NCBI RefSeq assembly: GCF_001194135.2
Contig: NC_068985.1
Location: 32,686,998-32,750,997 of the forward strand
From: Octopus bimaculoides
Lineage: Eukaryota
Length of the DNA stretch: 64,000 nucleotides
Direction of reading: 5' to 3'
Part shown: positions 60,572 through 64,000 of the stretch, in pieces
Position numbering within the stretch: the first letter of the stretch is position 1
Layout: the number at the start of each line of letters is the position of its first letter
Program-made: the position numbers and the translations under genes
The notes under the pieces: model-generated
Told to the model about the DNA's origin: nothing
Databases searched by the model: none
What the model saw: only the letters and a program-made list of their open reading frames with translations

Positions 60572-61072
60572 ACTGGGAACAACAAAGTATAACTGGATGT
60601 CTGGGTAATGTGATGTACATGGTAAAAGGACCAAAATATGAACACAGAAGGCATTTAAACCAATTAAAAAAAAGATATACCAAAAACCAAGAGAGGCGAG
60701 AAGAACCAATGGATTTATGGTATGATTTGTTCAAGGTCCCAGAACCACAAGCAGAAGCAGAACCGACATGTAGGTCAAACAGGAAGAGAAAACCTACAGA
60801 AATGATGGAAATTAACGCTAAGAGGAAAAGATATGCCAGTTTCTCACCGAGGAAATAAAATTGATAAATTCAGGTTTTAAAGACTCTCAAAAGGGGGAGG
60901 TGGTGTGTGGACACCCCCAGGTGATAAGTAGGCTAGTTCAATACGTATAAATGGCTAGATGAAAAGCGAGCCGGAGTCGTTGGTAGACTAGACGTCGAGT
61001 TCTGTTGAGTCAAGTTGTCGGAAGTGAGAGTTGAGTTGTTGCGTAGAGGTCATTCGAACGGGTGATATAACA
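60572..61072 (+). mobile_element. Gypsy integrase C-terminus, PPT and short 3' LTR (different family)
   Basis: WEQQSITGCLGNVMYMVKGPKYEHRRHLNQLKKRY; PPT AAAAGGGGGAGG at 60889-60900; LTR TG...ATAACA at ~60901-61072; upstream part lies in a gap. Confidence 0.8.
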
Positions 61073-61325
61073 AAAAGGAAGCAGAAAAATGCATGTATCT
61101 ATAATTATATAATAATAATGCCACAATCCACCATAAGGGAAGCAGGTAGTGTATATTTTGTGTCTTAAATAAAGAAAAGAAGAGATTAATATAATATTAA
61201 AAGGTATTGAGAAAGAGAAAAAGAAAAAGGAAAAAAGAAGCAGGAAAACGCATGCATATGTAAATATATAATAATGTCATATAATATCATACTTATCTAT
61301 AATACTGCAATATAAAAACTTAAAG

Positions 61326-61366
<41 letters not shown>

Positions 61367-61993
61367 TATTTTGAATTGTGACTTGAGTGGAAATTAGCCA
61401 TCTCCACATCCCTGTAACATATAGCTGTTAATCATGCAAAAATCTTTATATAAAACTTGCCACAATAATTAAGCAATGAAATCTGCCAAAGAACAGTTTT
61501 AGGCCTATTTCGTCTATATGATGNNNNNNNNNNNNNNNNNNNNNNNNNNNNNNNNNNNNNNNNNNNNNNNNNNNNNNNNNNNNNNNNNNNNNNNNNNNNN
61601 NNNNNNNNNNNNNNNNNNNNNNNNNNNNNNNNNNNNNNNNNNNNNNNNNNNNNNNNNNNNNNNNNNNNNNNNNNNNNNNNNNNNNNNNNNNNNNNNNNNN
61701 NNNNNNNNNNNNNNNNNNNNNNNNNNNNNNNNNNNNNNNNNNNNNNNNNNNNNNNNNNNNNNNNNNNNNNNNNNNNNNNNNNNNNNNNNNNNNNNNNNNN
61801 NNNNNNNNNNNNNNNNNNNNNNNNNNNNNNNNNNNNNNNNNNNNNNNNNNNNNNNNNNNNNNNNNNNNNNNNNNNNNNNNNNNNNNNNNNNNNNNNNNNN
61901 NNNNNNNNNNNNNNNNNNNNNNNNNNNNNNNNNNNNNNNNNNNNNNNNNNNNNNNNNNNNNNNNNNNNNNNNNNNNNNNNNNNNNNNNNNNNN

Positions 61994-62053
<60 letters not shown>
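61994..62053. repeat. (TG)n microsatellite at a gap edge
   Basis: Directly visible. Confidence 0.97.
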
Positions 62054-62057
<4 letters not shown>

Positions 62058-62334
62058 TATGAGTGAGCACATGTGTTGTATTTAGATGCTAATATAGAAT
62101 TAACTTTTCCAATATTCCTTTCAGCATTTACAAAAATATCTGGAGAGGAAAAAAGAAAAAAAATCTTAAATCAATATGAAAAAAGAAAAAAAGTATATGA
62201 GGCTGAATTGAAAATCTCATCAAAACATGTGTTTGTGTATGTTGAGATGTGTATATATAGGAAATCAGTTTCTGATATGGCTGGTCATGTTTCGAAACAC
62301 AGACCTGTGTATGTATGCATATGTATCTTCAGCT

Positions 62335-62391
62335 ATCTATCTTTCTGTTTACCTACCTACCTACTTACCAACCTATCTATCTATTGATTTG

Positions 62392-62464
<73 letters not shown>

Positions 62465-62585
62465 TTATCTATCTATCTGTCTATTTATCTGTCTATTTAT
62501 CTGTCTGTCTGTCTATCTATTCATCTATCTATCCATCCAACCATCTATCCATCCATCCATCAATCAATCAATCAATCTATCTATA
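62335..62585. repeat. Compound tetranucleotide microsatellite (CCTA/TCTA/TCTG/TCCA/TCAA)
   Basis: Directly visible. Confidence 0.97.
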
Positions 62586-63149
62586 TTTCTTATGTATGCA
62601 CTCCATATGAAGTATGTGCTAGAGTGAACAGATATTTAAAAAAGTACATAGATACTGTTATATATTTATACATTTTCAGAAATGAGAAAAAAATAAGCTC
62701 CTGTTCAAGCTTATCAAAATAAGACTAAGAAGAAAACATGTGAACGCACAAATACATCTTTATGTAACTAGAGAATATTTGATACTTCAGATGAAGTTCA
62801 GATGTAGTTGCATGTGAAAATATACTCACACATATGCACAGAATGCACAGTGTCGTACATATTAACTACACTGTTGAATGATGGTACACTACTTCAACAT
62901 GCATCGTACTGTTCAAATTAATGTGCCAACGCACAGATGCAAGCACACATATAACAGTTAAAAATACGTATTTTACTCTGCATTTTGGCATTGAGTTCTC
63001 TTTTGATTTACATTGCTTTATTCCTACTACTATACTCCTCACAGAATAGAATACTCTTTGCACTTTAAACACACACACACATCCATCTAGTAGACCTTTC
63101 CACAAAAAATTATAGGCATGACCACATGCAATTACTTTAATAAATGTTT

Positions 63150-64000
63150 AATGTATTACATAGAAGACTTAAAAGAATGCACTGTGAGATGTTATTTTTC
63201 AACAAAGAAGACAATGAAAAAAATACACTAAAAGATTCCAAATTCATTTTCAAGCCCAGAAAATACTTAGTAACAAACTACTCAAACATTCTGAGAAGGA
63301 CATCTTCAAAATAGCAAAAAATATGAATTCCAGGCAAAAATTAGCAAAAAACATAAGGAACACACAGAAACCAAACAAAATATTTGTGAAGACAAACAAA
63401 ACATAGAATTCATGTGATTTGAACTATTGACAAATAGCATCACCATCAACAACAAGTAAAGCACCAATAATACTTAAAATTCAATAAATAATACTTGAAC
63501 CTTCTAAAAGGGTAAAAATTCTTGCAGTGTTTTTCACTATCAAGAACCATAAATCCAACTTGATGATTAACTTCACAACCAGATTCATCAACTCAATGAA
63601 AACAAAGCTAGGATGAATTGGTAAAAACAGATAAAATTTAATATGCTTTTACTGAGTCTTACTAGTTATATATTATCTAAAAATCCCAGATTAACACTTT
63701 GATACAGAAGTGCATTCCTTATAAGTTGTGATGACACACAACCCAGATAAGCAATGGAATTATATATATTTACCCAAGTTGATCCACTCATCATTATTAT
63801 AAACAGCCCTAGAATATGTAAAACTCCAAACTACCATCATTGGCAATGCTATACAAATAATAATACATGCCAAAAAATCAATCATCGTTAACAATTGCAA
63901 ATGGATGAAAAAGTACAACAAACTTCCATAGAAATTTCAAAGCTGATTGGACGATATATATATTCTAGATTTAAATCATAATAAGTGCCACACTATTAAC
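63150..64000 (+). mobile_element. Highly degraded Penelope-like RT
   Basis: KIFVKTNKT*N; RFINSMK.KLG*IGK; YPS*S..; IIHAKKSII..W.KK, recognisable across frameshifts. Confidence 0.55.

Overview
AT-rich animal genomic DNA with seven N-gaps. The repeat content (RTE LINEs with (GAT)n tails, tRNA-derived SINEs, dense microsatellites) suggests a coleoid cephalopod, probably Octopus; this is inference. One host gene can be fully reconstructed: six-exon MRPS7 on + (18563-31924, 232 aa, all GT-AG junctions in phase). There is also a likely first coding exon of an unidentified secreted Cys-rich protein on - (from 5956, with ETS motifs upstream) and a few unassigned exon candidates. Most of the rest is decayed, nested mobile DNA: two copies of a CsRn1-like Gypsy family, another Gypsy 3' end, two related solo LTRs with 4-bp TSDs, six RTE pieces, four mariners, hAT-Charlie, a Chapaev-like transposase, Penelope-like relics, gag/ORF1-like relics, MITEs and SINEs. 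The main signals outside the ORF track are RNA-level. Five hammerhead-ribozyme motifs occur, one with an intact core inside a ~770-bp foldback (43595-44363) and one downstream of a tRNA-like Pol III head at a Penelope 3' end. Two RTE copies share a 68-nt GT-AG-like segment whose removal would put an upstream ATG in frame. No homology search or folding was run; family names come from motif recognition.
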